Source: a virus
Length of the DNA stretch: 64,000 nt
IMG/VR virus record: IMGVR_UViG_3300035698_016128
Coordinates: 1-64,000 of that record
Reading direction: 5' to 3' (one strand)
Part shown: one piece after another, positions 55,301 to 62,879 of the stretch
Layout of the letters: each line of letters starts with the position of its first letter
Numbering within the stretch: the first letter of the stretch is position 1
Position numbers and translations under genes: made by a program
Notes under the pieces: generated by a model
Seen by the model: the letters and a program-made list of their open reading frames with translations, nothing else
What the model was told of the DNA's origin: nothing
The model's database searches: none

Positions 55301-55679
55301 CCTCAACCACCTTTATCGAAAGATAATTATAGTTCCCATCCCAAAGACGGAAAAGGGTTCGTTGGTAAAACCCCCCATTGCTCCATTGGGCGTTCGACGT
55401 CCCATCAATATAAAGTTCTGTTCCATATGTTCCAGCGGCGAAGAGTATTACTCCGCTACTATTGTATAAAGTATCGGGATATGCCCAAGATACCGTACCT
55501 GCTCCATTTGTTTCCAGAGTTTGGTTAGCGCTCCCATGTGTTCCGTCTATATAGAGATCGCCCTCAAGATAAGTATCGCCCTTAATGATATGCTTATCAT
55601 CATAGTCTGTACCGGCGTAGGCAATGCCCGTTATCAGCAAAGCAATCATTACGATTACTAATTTTGTATTGAGCCTCAT
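49365..55679 (-). CDS. 2104-aa Gly/Thr/Ala/Ser-rich repeat fibre/adhesin-like protein with a signal-peptide-like N-terminus
   Basis: Six VTQGYVDD + Q(V/I)Q(F/Y)N.GG.FGGDAG units, many DGGT repeats; N-terminus MRLNTKLVIVMIALLITGIAYA; ATGA-coupled start. Confidence 0.85.
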   Translation of the reverse strand: MRLNTKLVIVMIALLITGIAYAGTDYDDKHIIKGDTYLEGDLYIDGTHGSANQTLETNGAGTVSWAYPDTLYNSSGVILFAAGTYGTELYIDGTSNAQWSNGGFYQRTLFRLWDGNYNYLSIKVVEDEGAYIYPGYSDGKGNRNIIFVDGQAYDEKYGHDTLSPDTTIFLHSATADDVATDQWLSFTHNKTDGVIATGTGNLVSPQNFNISVGALLLAGTDVSQYFISSAGSAGEMWRSDGAVAGAWSTATHADTYGASELLYSNTANTVEGLATGNSSILATNGSGVPSWGTDLPTAVTIGTAYLYRAGGTDIPVADGGTNSSTALNNNFAMISSGGAIVESATITTTELGLLNGIASVTTGAADNDKFVTQGYVDDNVGPTSPGGADTQVQFNDGGIFGGDAGMVYDKATDVLTLSVLTASRLMASNGSSDVTSTDLNSWVTGTASEIDIADDGDGTITIGLVDPLALTKGGTAKSLTASDGGIVYTDADSMEVLAGTATAGQMLRSGTSAAPSWSTSTFADTYGASELLYSNGANAVAGLTTGNSSILATTGAGIPAWGTDLPTAVTIGSAYLYRASGTDVPVADGGTNSSAALSNSLVMVSSAGAIIESATISTTELGLLNGMTSVSTGAGDNAALVTQGYVDDSATATPPGGATTQVQFNDAGSFAGDAGMTFIKATDALTIAGPFTSTGAVLGTVTSSTWTGDVVGLTYGGSAKNLTASDGGIVYTDADSMEVLAGTATALQMLQSGTSTAPAWSTATYPATTTVNQILWSSTANIVAGLATANSGVLITSAAGVPSIATDIPTAVTIGAKYIYRTDGTDIPLLDGGTGTSLANGTANQVLNSDADGTASWSTATFADTYGASELLYSNGANVVAGLTTGNSSILATTGAGVPAWGTDLPTAVTIGAAYLYRAGGTDVPVADGGTNSSAALTNDFAMISSAGAIIESATITTTELGLLNGIASVTAGVADNDKFVTQGYVDDSVTATPPGGADTQVQFNDGGSFGGDAGLTYVKATDALTLVGAFSAGSAVLGTVTSSTWTGDVVGLTYGGSAKNLTASDGGIVYTDADSMEVLAATATAGQILRSGSSTAPAWSTATYPATTTVNEILWSGTANIVAGLTTANSGILITSAAGVPSIATDIPTGVTIGTGYIYRTGGTDIPMLDGGTGTSLANGTANQVLQSDADGTMSWSTSTFADTYGASELLYSNGANIVAGLATGNSSILATDGSGVPSLGTDLPTAVTIGAGYIYRAGGTDVPLADGGTNKGLTASDGGIIYSDADSLEVLAATATAGQILRSGSSTAPTWSTATYPTAVGVNEILFGSSANVVGGIAAGASGVLVTSAGNIPSIETDIPTAVTIGTKYLYRADGTDVPVADGGTNSSAALANDLVMVSSAGAVIESATISTTELGLLNGIASVSTGAGDNDKFVTQGYVDDNAGSTSPGGADTQVQFNDGGSFGGDAGLTYVKATDALTLVGALSAGSAVLGTVTSSTWTGDVVGLTYGGSAKNLTASDGGIVYTDADSMEVLAATATALQMLQSGSSTAPAWSTATYPATTTVNEILWSGTANIVGGLATANSGVLVTGAGGIPAIGTDIPTAVTIGTKYLYRADGTDIPLLDGGTGTSLANGTANQVLQSDADGTMSWSTATFADTYGASELLYSNGANVVAGLATGNSSILATTGAGVPAFGTDLPTAVTIGAKYIYRADGTDVPIADGGTNSGAALANDLVMISSAGAIIESATISTTELGLLNGIASVSTGAGDNDKFVTQGYVDDSAGGSTSPGGADTQVQFNDSGSFGGDAGLTYVKATDALTIVGALAAGSAVLGTITSSTWNGTDIAIAEGGTNSSAALGNDLVMVSSAGAIIESATISTTELGLLNGIASVTAGVADNDKFVTQGYVDDNAGGVAGTDGQIQYNNGGSAFGGDAGLIWDDTNDELEITGQVLVTEKGHAFATFGNGANNNITLSSSKVWYHITTSSPPLWTLDAANGVTETGDVFTITTAGIYRGTLTLTYDNSDDSDMICIGIINVSGTQLGGRSCTNHEGSGWESVSIPVYIDATTDAFAIRPAVMNYTSNSTLYAIYGVLSLVYLSDT
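49880..54950. repeat. Imperfect long-period modular repeats inside the fibre gene
   Basis: Recurring modules at DNA level; for example 51079-51194 is identical to 53467-53582. Boundaries approximate. Confidence 0.9.
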
Positions 55680-56005
55680 AACAATTTCCTCGTAAAAGTT
55701 ATTGTCCAGGAATTCGAAGTAGTTGACTGAAGAATGACATTGCCACCGGAAATTACCACGGCAAATGCTAAGTCAGAGGTATCATTCAAGTCATTGGTTG
55801 CACGTTCCGATTTTGCAACCTCGTCAGAACTGTTCCAATTCGCATGGACATAGCCAGTCCTCATATTGTCGCCATTCTGCGCAACGTAATCCCAATGACA
55901 TGCCGTAGCCAACAGCTTCGAGAAACTATCGACAGTCTGCGCCGAACCAGAAACCGTCACTGATGTTTTCGCAGGGTATGTCGTCGTGATGTTATCGCGT
56001 AGCAT
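55676..56005 (-). CDS. Small beta-rich protein resembling a fibre C-terminal domain
   Basis: TNDLNDTSDLAFAVVISGGNVIL...WTITFTRKLL resembles phage fibre-tip domains (from memory). Confidence 0.6.
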   Translation of the reverse strand: MLRDNITTTYPAKTSVTVSGSAQTVDSFSKLLATACHWDYVAQNGDNMRTGYVHANWNSSDEVAKSERATNDLNDTSDLAFAVVISGGNVILQSTTSNSWTITFTRKLL

Positions 56006-56013
56006 AACAGCGC

Positions 56014-56271
56014 CTACAGCCTTAAGATTGAAGTTGTGAACCCGCCAAGCGTAGTGCCGTCATAAATCATTGTGAGAATCTTACTCAGAAACCCATCGCT
56101 TATTGTTACCGTATTAATCTTGCCATCAAGCACACCACCGGAATGCCGAACGATAGCCACAGCATTCTTTGTAACTATATTGGTTACAGGCTGATAGGAA
56201 TAAAGAGTCTTCTTGGGGTCCTCATTATCTATCGGCCTTCTTGTGAGTGAGCTATTCCCGCCTCCAGGCAT
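56014..56271 (-). CDS. Hypothetical protein
   Basis: AAGGAG SD; starts 3 nt after the portal stop. Confidence 0.6.
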   Translation of the reverse strand: MPGGGNSSLTRRPIDNEDPKKTLYSYQPVTNIVTKNAVAIVRHSGGVLDGKINTVTISDGFLSKILTMIYDGTTLGGFTTSILRL

Positions 56272-56274
56272 GAT

Positions 56275-58371
56275 TTACTCCTTCGCTTTCTTCGCTGGCT
56301 TTCTGCCAGTCTTCTTTGATGCGTCCAGCATACTGCGTAGCTTCTTGCCTTCCGGTTCAGAAAGCTTCTTTGTGATAGCCTCATTTAGAATTTCCAAATG
56401 AAAGTCCATCATGTACCGAAGGGCTCGGACGATTTCTTCCGGCCCCATGAGTTCGAAGTTGGGGATGTACTCAAGACCACTTGACCAGATCTTTAACCGC
56501 ATCAGGCCAGCCTTAACCGCCATAAGCCCATCAGGACTCTCAGTAGCTATGCGCATAAGCCCCATACGAATATGGTCAACCTCGCGAATCTTTCCATCCT
56601 CATCGGGTTCCGGTCTGTATATATCAAGATATGAAAAGTCTTGCCCCTCTGTTGGGAAAACACCGATATCAGCCTCAGCAAGCTTTGCCTTCAGACTCTC
56701 CGCACGGTCACCGCCGGGGCGCAACACTTTCCGATCAGCCTCACGCGTCCCAGGGAAGCTTTTACGTGTTGCACGCCTAGTGGGGTTCCCCTTCACCGGA
56801 ACACGCTCAGAACCGGGTTTCTGTGCGTCTAAGGGGGGTGTTTGCGCCCCATCACCTTCTTCAGAAGCATTCGGGGGCGCAACTTCCGTCATTACTTCAT
56901 CAAATTGCTGAACCGGCACGTTAAGAACAGTTGCCAACTCCTCAAGCGACGGAATGACATTCGGGCGAAGACCACCCTGAACCATGTTGTCCATGTTGCG
57001 AATCATTTCGATGAAAATTTCCTTCAGGGCAATCTTCCTGTTCCAATCGAGACTGTCGAGCATCAACCTTGCCGGTGCACGCTCTTCAGGCGGGAAGTTC
57101 CCCTGAATCAAAATCGGTAGCAACTGCTCGTCAACCGTTGCCTCAATGTCGTTGACCAGCCCGAGCTCTGACTGTAGAAACAGATCAGCGTGCAGGCTTG
57201 CCATGCTATAACCACCGCCACCGCTTGTCTCATTCGTCACGGCTTTTTCGGGAATCCAAAGAGCGCGAAGGATGCCGACGTCCATGTGGTTAATGGCCTG
57301 AATAAACATTTCCCCGCGCTTGTCATCGGAGAGGTATTCAACCTTCCACATATTCTCCTTGCCGCTTTTTGATTCCTCATACGGCAGAACACCAATGGTG
57401 TTTGAAAGCAGGGACGAGCCAAGGTCCAGAGCCAACTGCATATTGTTTATGCGCTGACCACTTTCTGTCTGGGAATCGCCCGGAGGTGCCGTAGTAAGAA
57501 TGGGCGGAGAGCCACGACGCTCGAAATACATGAGCATGAACTGATACAGGACTTCCTTCCAGTACCAGAACTTATATGCGGCCACGAGTCGGCTATTCCC
57601 AAACGGGTTACCGAACTCTTCATCATGGGTAAAGAAGAAACACTTATCCTTGTTCAGCCGGACTTCCTTACCATAGGCGCTTTGAATGATACCATTGAAG
57701 TTCTCTTTATCGTCAAGCAGTACTTCTATACTGCTAGGGTGATGCGCCTTGAATTTCTTGTAGACAAGAGCCTTTCCGTCGTAGTACACCTTCTTGTCTT
57801 TGGCCTTTGATTTCTTCTCGACCTTTACATCCTCAATCATAAAAACTTTCTCATGAGAAGCAAAGCCGTATTCGACCGCCGTAAGCGTCGACTTGATCAG
57901 CCTGCGCCAAACCTTCCGCAGTGCATTCTCAAGAAAGAACTTGACCTTATCGTCATCACACTCGATACGCCACGGCAGGGCAATGATTGGCAATTTGATA
58001 AATGCCAAACCAGCACTGACCATGGAATCATTCTTCATGAGATCGAATGTGTCAACGGTAATTGTCTCGGGATTGTACACCCCGTGCGACCCCTCGACGT
58101 TTGCTATGGCAGGGTTGTCATAGCGCGAAATCTCCTTCAAATCAATCTTGGCAGGAGACTTCTTCTTCTGGCGCTTGCTACCACTGACCTTTACGTCCCC
58201 GGTCTTGAGGTAAGTTGTAAAATCATCTTGCAACTTACGGTCAAAGAAGGCTTTCGTAAAATCAGCAATCTCCCTCGCACCCTCCCTGTTTAACGGGGTC
58301 TTCCCTGTGGGCGGAGCCAACCGAATGCCGCTCGTTCTTGTTTTCTTTGGTATTCTTTTTTTATCAGCCAT
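56275..58371 (-). CDS. Portal protein (Mu gp29/DUF935-like) with a C-terminal extra domain
   Basis: AVEYGFASHEKV, FFFTH..EFGNPFG.SRL, FERRGSP and GGYSMASLH..LF motifs; follows TerL. Confidence 0.88.
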   Translation of the reverse strand: MADKKRIPKKTRTSGIRLAPPTGKTPLNREGAREIADFTKAFFDRKLQDDFTTYLKTGDVKVSGSKRQKKKSPAKIDLKEISRYDNPAIANVEGSHGVYNPETITVDTFDLMKNDSMVSAGLAFIKLPIIALPWRIECDDDKVKFFLENALRKVWRRLIKSTLTAVEYGFASHEKVFMIEDVKVEKKSKAKDKKVYYDGKALVYKKFKAHHPSSIEVLLDDKENFNGIIQSAYGKEVRLNKDKCFFFTHDEEFGNPFGNSRLVAAYKFWYWKEVLYQFMLMYFERRGSPPILTTAPPGDSQTESGQRINNMQLALDLGSSLLSNTIGVLPYEESKSGKENMWKVEYLSDDKRGEMFIQAINHMDVGILRALWIPEKAVTNETSGGGGYSMASLHADLFLQSELGLVNDIEATVDEQLLPILIQGNFPPEERAPARLMLDSLDWNRKIALKEIFIEMIRNMDNMVQGGLRPNVIPSLEELATVLNVPVQQFDEVMTEVAPPNASEEGDGAQTPPLDAQKPGSERVPVKGNPTRRATRKSFPGTREADRKVLRPGGDRAESLKAKLAEADIGVFPTEGQDFSYLDIYRPEPDEDGKIREVDHIRMGLMRIATESPDGLMAVKAGLMRLKIWSSGLEYIPNFELMGPEEIVRALRYMMDFHLEILNEAITKKLSEPEGKKLRSMLDASKKTGRKPAKKAKE

Positions 58372-60211
58372 TCTCACGTCTCGAAGTTGGGTTAGGAAAC
58401 TTTAGCCCAAAGCTAATCATTCGTGAACCGTCAAGTGGCTGAACCATCCCACCACGTGACGGCACGAACAATCTCTTATCAGGGCGGACAATTGAAATTG
58501 GCACCGTACCCCTATCTTCTTGAGTCTCATCACGAAAATTCACTGGGTAACAAGTCCTGGGCTTACTCCTGATATACATGCCCATCATGGCTACTGCCCA
58601 AAAGATGTCTCCGTGATGATCCTTATTTTTTTCAGCATCAACACGTATATTACCGTGGTCTGTCACTGAGCGTTTAATCGAATGAAACTGGTTCTTGAAA
58701 TCACGCTGATCAGGAAATGCCAAACATTGGTTCTCCATCAGCATGCGAACCGTTGATGCGCTTTCGTCCTTCCAAGTGCCGGTAAAATTAACCGCATCGA
58801 CAACACTTGGGTACCTTGAAAACAAATTCTCACAAAGGTGCATGCCCATGCCTGTCTCATCAATGCCAAGCTTTCTCACATTACCTTTGCGTATGGCGTA
58901 ATCTATTTCAGCTTCCATCTCTCTGAAAGGTTCATTCCTGAATGAGCGCCTGAACCGTATTATCGCCATATCATCGTTTATTTCCTCGGCCAGAATAAAC
59001 TCAGCCGTATGATGCCTACGCCCAACATCGAACCCGCCAATCAACCGCCCCTTGATATGCCCAAAGCGTACTGCATCCAACACACCCTCAATATTATCAT
59101 AAAACCGAAATGAAATGCCAGGATACTTTTCCTCAATCGGCAACTTCCTCAAATCAAGTGCATTTTCGTCATCTTCATTGAATATGTCGTCAGTGACATG
59201 ACGATACACGCATTGATTGATGAGACTCATTGGAATGTAGGCAACGCTCTCATCTATGTGGTGGCATTCGTATTCCTGACAGAATGATTCGATGTCCATA
59301 CCAATAAAGATATGGCGAAGCTTCTGACCACCATAAGTCTTCACCCTCTCTATTGTCTTCATTAACGGCGCTTTAACCTGAGCCTCTTCAAACAATCCTT
59401 CGCCAACGAACTCAGGGCAATCCCACCAGAACACTCGGTAGAAGCTGTACAAGCTTCGGAACTCTTCGTTGTTCATCACTTCCCAGTGAATGCCGTTCTT
59501 ACCAAGCGGGGTACTTCCAATTGTAATGCCCCCATGCCCACGGGAGATAATAGGCATAGCGGCTACATAAATTTTATCACCATATGTGTAATGTGCGGCC
59601 TCATCCAAAATGATCTTGGTGTTACCACCCTTACCACGTGGCTCCCGCTGTGCATGCGATATGATGCGGGTTCGTCCACGCCTATGGCCCGTTGTTGATT
59701 CGAATTCAAGGCTCTTTTTATTATCAACGATTAACCGCTTCTGAAACCCAAGTGGCATTGACTCAAAAAGTTCGCGTGCATAGACAATCTTCTCGTTGGC
59801 TTCTTCCTGATTGATAGAAATGAATATTTCAGTGTGCCTGTCCATCAGGTGTGCCTCGGCCACACCCTCTGTGGCAAACACATACGAGAACCCTGTCTGC
59901 CGGGACTTATCAATATGCTTGAATGGGTTTGGGTCAATGAGATAATCAATCTGGTATTGATACAGGGACGTTGGCGCACCGTTGGTCTCGGTAAGCCCCT
60001 CAACGAACCCCGGCTTTGTGGCAAGCCATTTGCCAAGGTCTTCCCTTGTAGGTTCTTTTTTAACAATAATCAAGGGGCTCTTCATAGGAATGCGCTTTAC
60101 CTTTACAGATAGCGCGGCCTTCTTCTTTACTGGCTTGCGCACAGGCTTCTTCTCGGCCTCGTCCATGAACTCACCAAGCGAAACCGTCTTCTTCTTAGTC
60201 GCCACGTACAT
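58364..60211 (-). CDS. terL: Terminase large subunit (Mu gp28-like)
   Basis: KSRQTGFS Walker A, IILDEAAH Walker B, STPLGKNG motif III, GFDVG, GIDETGMG and HGDIFWA nuclease motifs. Confidence 0.93.
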   Translation of the reverse strand: MYVATKKKTVSLGEFMDEAEKKPVRKPVKKKAALSVKVKRIPMKSPLIIVKKEPTREDLGKWLATKPGFVEGLTETNGAPTSLYQYQIDYLIDPNPFKHIDKSRQTGFSYVFATEGVAEAHLMDRHTEIFISINQEEANEKIVYARELFESMPLGFQKRLIVDNKKSLEFESTTGHRRGRTRIISHAQREPRGKGGNTKIILDEAAHYTYGDKIYVAAMPIISRGHGGITIGSTPLGKNGIHWEVMNNEEFRSLYSFYRVFWWDCPEFVGEGLFEEAQVKAPLMKTIERVKTYGGQKLRHIFIGMDIESFCQEYECHHIDESVAYIPMSLINQCVYRHVTDDIFNEDDENALDLRKLPIEEKYPGISFRFYDNIEGVLDAVRFGHIKGRLIGGFDVGRRHHTAEFILAEEINDDMAIIRFRRSFRNEPFREMEAEIDYAIRKGNVRKLGIDETGMGMHLCENLFSRYPSVVDAVNFTGTWKDESASTVRMLMENQCLAFPDQRDFKNQFHSIKRSVTDHGNIRVDAEKNKDHHGDIFWAVAMMGMYIRSKPRTCYPVNFRDETQEDRGTVPISIVRPDKRLFVPSRGGMVQPLDGSRMISFGLKFPNPTSRRENG

Positions 60212-60701
60212 CCCCCATATTAACTACCTTATCGCCCTTTGTAGGCTTGAGCTTCTTCTTCTTGTGCAGACTACCGGAGAGACTATCCTGATACCTGTCG
60301 GAAATGGTATCAAGCGAACCAGTTGCGGTCTTGGAAGTAACATCCCCAGGAGTATCGAGCCGTTGCTCGTGCTGGAGCTTTGCCACGATGTCCACAAGCT
60401 TCTTCGTGGACACCTCTTCCAAATCACCCTCGACAGCACGAACCTGTAACTCCTCATACAGCGTAGGCAACAGCCTTGCCACCTGTATGCGACGGAAGTC
60501 CTGGTCGACACCTTCGATCTGATTAATTGCCGAATCAATAGCCTCAATAAAATCAGGACGCCGGGTCCACTTGCCAACGGCATTCTGCGAAACGCCAAGG
60601 CGTTCGGCTATCTCAGCCTTTGAAAGATTAGTTTGTGCAAGGTATTTCACAGCTTTCTTCTGCTTTGCACTTAGCGAAGTAGGGAATTCAATCTCGGGCA
60701 T
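60195..60701 (-). CDS. terS: Terminase small subunit-like HTH protein
   Basis: LSAKQKKAV...SKAEIAERLGVSQNAVGKW HTH; AAGGAGG SD before ATG 60701; overlaps the TerL start. Confidence 0.75.
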   Translation of the reverse strand: MPEIEFPTSLSAKQKKAVKYLAQTNLSKAEIAERLGVSQNAVGKWTRRPDFIEAIDSAINQIEGVDQDFRRIQVARLLPTLYEELQVRAVEGDLEEVSTKKLVDIVAKLQHEQRLDTPGDVTSKTATGSLDTISDRYQDSLSGSLHKKKKLKPTKGDKVVNMGDVRGD

Positions 60702-60722
60702 GGTATTCCTCCTTATGAGACA

Positions 60723-60752
60723 AAAATACAATAGTTTGGTATACAAAGTCAA
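60723..60752 (-). promoter_or_regulatory. Candidate promoter of the morphogenesis operon
   Basis: TTGACT-18 nt-TATTTT upstream of terS. Confidence 0.45.
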
Positions 60753-60772
60753 CATGTCACAAACATGTCACA
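60751..60772. repeat. Tandem 11-bp direct repeat, candidate operator
   Basis: AACATGTCACA twice, each containing the ACATGT palindrome, abutting the -35 element. Confidence 0.8.
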
Positions 60773-60797
60773 AAAAAAAACGGGCCAAAAGGCCCGT
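60772..60797 (-). terminator. Rho-independent terminator after the exonuclease gene
   Basis: ACGGGCC-TTTT-GGCCCG followed by a 9-nt T-run on the minus strand. Confidence 0.88.
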
Positions 60798-60841
60798 CTC
60801 AAGTGCGTTCTATTATTGGTAATCATTTTTCTCTTGTAATA

Positions 60842-61813
60842 CTACCGCCCTTTCTTCTGCGGTACCCGCCTCGCCCCCACGCCATACACTGATCCGCTAT
60901 TGCCAAGGAATTTCATTGGCCTCATGCTGGCAATCGAAACCCGTTCGACATTGCGAAGAAAACTGATCATCTTGTATTTGCGCACCACAGCTCTTAACTT
61001 GCTACGCTTATGTGTGAAATGAAACATGCTTCCGATAACGCCTTCACCAGTACGCAACTTAACAAGCTTGCGGTTACGCATATAATCTTCGTACTTATCA
61101 TCCGCTAACTCGCCCAAGGTACCACCACGTATCATAGCCGTCGCTGTCTTGGGGCCAATGCCTTTGACACCTGGGATGTTATCAACCTTGTCACCATCAA
61201 GAGCCAAGTAATCAATATGCTCATTTGGCTCAAACCCGAAACGCTTTCTAAACCGTGCTCTGTTCATGACTACATCACCACGGCAATGCATCTGCACCGT
61301 ACACTTGGCTGTAGCCTCAATGAGTTGAAAGAAGTCCTTATCCTCGGAAACAATCACCACCTTATCATCTGGCCCCTTGCACCGCTTCTTGCATAGCTTG
61401 ACGGCACGGGCCACAACATCATCAGCCTCCCATGCAAGACTGCTGTATATAACCGTAATGCTCATATTGGAAAGGAACTCCATCAGCATCAGGAATCCGT
61501 CACCAACCTCATCGTCTAAGGTTCGCCCTTCCTTGTAGGTAGGCAACAGCTTGGCCCGTTCAGAAATCACCGGCGGGAGCCCCCTAGACGGCGCTACGCC
61601 CCTTTTCATGCTTGCATATAGGTGAGCGCTAGGGTCAAAGGCAATGACCGTGTGACAGGGCTGATACATGGCATTGATGCGAATGATGGTTCTCATTACA
61701 CCGTAGGCAATACCGGTCTTAACGGGTTCGCCATCAATGACCATGGAAAGCTTCGAATGCACGTGCTTACTTTTGTGCAGAGCCAGATTCCCATCTATTA
61801 CCACGAAGTTCAT
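60842..61813 (-). CDS. 5'-3' exonuclease / flap endonuclease (T4 RNase H / T5 D15-like)
   Basis: VVIDGN, WEADDV, SEDKDFFQL and GDKVDNIPGVKGIGPKTA (H3TH) motifs. Confidence 0.92.
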   Translation of the reverse strand: MNFVVIDGNLALHKSKHVHSKLSMVIDGEPVKTGIAYGVMRTIIRINAMYQPCHTVIAFDPSAHLYASMKRGVAPSRGLPPVISERAKLLPTYKEGRTLDDEVGDGFLMLMEFLSNMSITVIYSSLAWEADDVVARAVKLCKKRCKGPDDKVVIVSEDKDFFQLIEATAKCTVQMHCRGDVVMNRARFRKRFGFEPNEHIDYLALDGDKVDNIPGVKGIGPKTATAMIRGGTLGELADDKYEDYMRNRKLVKLRTGEGVIGSMFHFTHKRSKLRAVVRKYKMISFLRNVERVSIASMRPMKFLGNSGSVYGVGARRVPQKKGR

Positions 61814-61821
61814 ACCGCCTC

Positions 61822-62100
61822 CTACAGACGAGTTGATTTCAACGTTACATTCTTGAACCCATGCATCGCCATGATTGCAAGATGAGACATTCCTATCGAC
61901 CGAGCCTTCAGTCCACCAAGCTCACGCCTTGCAGTGGCGAGAGCAGTCGTTTTTGTTTTGTCATAATAAAAGCACAGTTCCTTCCTGACCTGTGTGCTAC
62001 CGTCGACTTCCTGCGCCATTATCAAACTCTTCTTGGCAATGCGTACACAGTCACATACCTTCAACTTGCCTTCCGGTGTAAGGACTACGAATTGCGCCAT
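61822..62100 (-). CDS. Hypothetical protein
   Basis: GGAGG SD; coupled to its neighbour. Confidence 0.55.
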   Translation of the reverse strand: MAQFVVLTPEGKLKVCDCVRIAKKSLIMAQEVDGSTQVRKELCFYYDKTKTTALATARRELGGLKARSIGMSHLAIMAMHGFKNVTLKSTRL

Positions 62101-62309
62101 TACATTCCTCCATTTCGTATGTTGATATCTGCTTGCAACGCCTTCCTCATGAAACTTACCCTACCAGCGTAACCTATCTCTGGTCGTACCTTGGTACCGC
62201 CTGACCTATTGCATAAATCCTCGTCATAATTCGAACACTTTCCAGTTATGCAACGACAACTCATAAAATCTGTTCTCACGAACCGGCAACGCATAGGCTT
62301 GCGTTTCAT
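62100..62309 (-). CDS. Small Cys-rich hypothetical protein
   Basis: GGAG SD; C..CRC...C...C. Confidence 0.5.
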   Translation of the reverse strand: MKRKPMRCRFVRTDFMSCRCITGKCSNYDEDLCNRSGGTKVRPEIGYAGRVSFMRKALQADINIRNGGM

Positions 62310-62329
62310 ATAGTCGTCTCCGCTAGTAA

Positions 62330-62635
62330 CTACCCATTCACCGCAATCGGCTTCTCACAGCGCTCCTCGCTACAGCCATCAGTCCCATAATATACCAGAG
62401 GGGTATCCATTGCTTCTTCATATGCGTCAGCCGCATCGTGTTCTTTCCGTTCAGTGTCTCCGGTCTTATAAATTAAAATGAGCGCACGGCAATGACCACA
62501 TACAAATGCGCCATCGTCGGCACTCATGAAGCTCGCATCATAGAAAAGTCCAAACCCACAATCAGGGCATATTGGGTTCTTCATACGCTTCTTCTCAAAA
62601 GCTTCATTTTGTTTTTTCTTTTTGAAAGGCCACAT
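62330..62635 (-). CDS. Zn-ribbon protein
   Basis: CPDCG...CGHC; GGAGG SD. Confidence 0.65.
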   Translation of the reverse strand: MWPFKKKKQNEAFEKKRMKNPICPDCGFGLFYDASFMSADDGAFVCGHCRALILIYKTGDTERKEHDAADAYEEAMDTPLVYYGTDGCSEERCEKPIAVNG

Positions 62636-62636
62636 G

Positions 62637-62879
62637 CTAACCTCCCCGCCTCTTCAGCTTCTCGCGTATTGCTTCCAACGAACCAACCACAACCGACCCA
62701 AGTGACTCCTCAGCACATACCTCCTCCAACGTCACCTTTGGTCCAGTGTAAACGCTATTAAAAGATTTACCAATTGCCGTCATAGCCTCACTGAATTCAT
62801 TTACTGAAAAGGTGGTATTCGCCATGGCTTCAGAGAATGCCTCCAGGTTGATACTTAAGCCCTCTGGTAGCAGTGCCAT
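62637..62879 (-). CDS. Hypothetical protein
   Basis: AAGGGG SD before MALLPEG; internal repeat EAFSEAM / NEFSEAM. Confidence 0.55.
   Translation of the reverse strand: MALLPEGLSINLEAFSEAMANTTFSVNEFSEAMTAIGKSFNSVYTGPKVTLEEVCAEESLGSVVVGSLEAIREKLKRRGG

Noticed and set aside
58364-60211. Intein or intron in the terminase or other core genes
   Set aside because: Motifs are contiguous at normal spacing, with no intein termini or homing endonuclease motifs seen.
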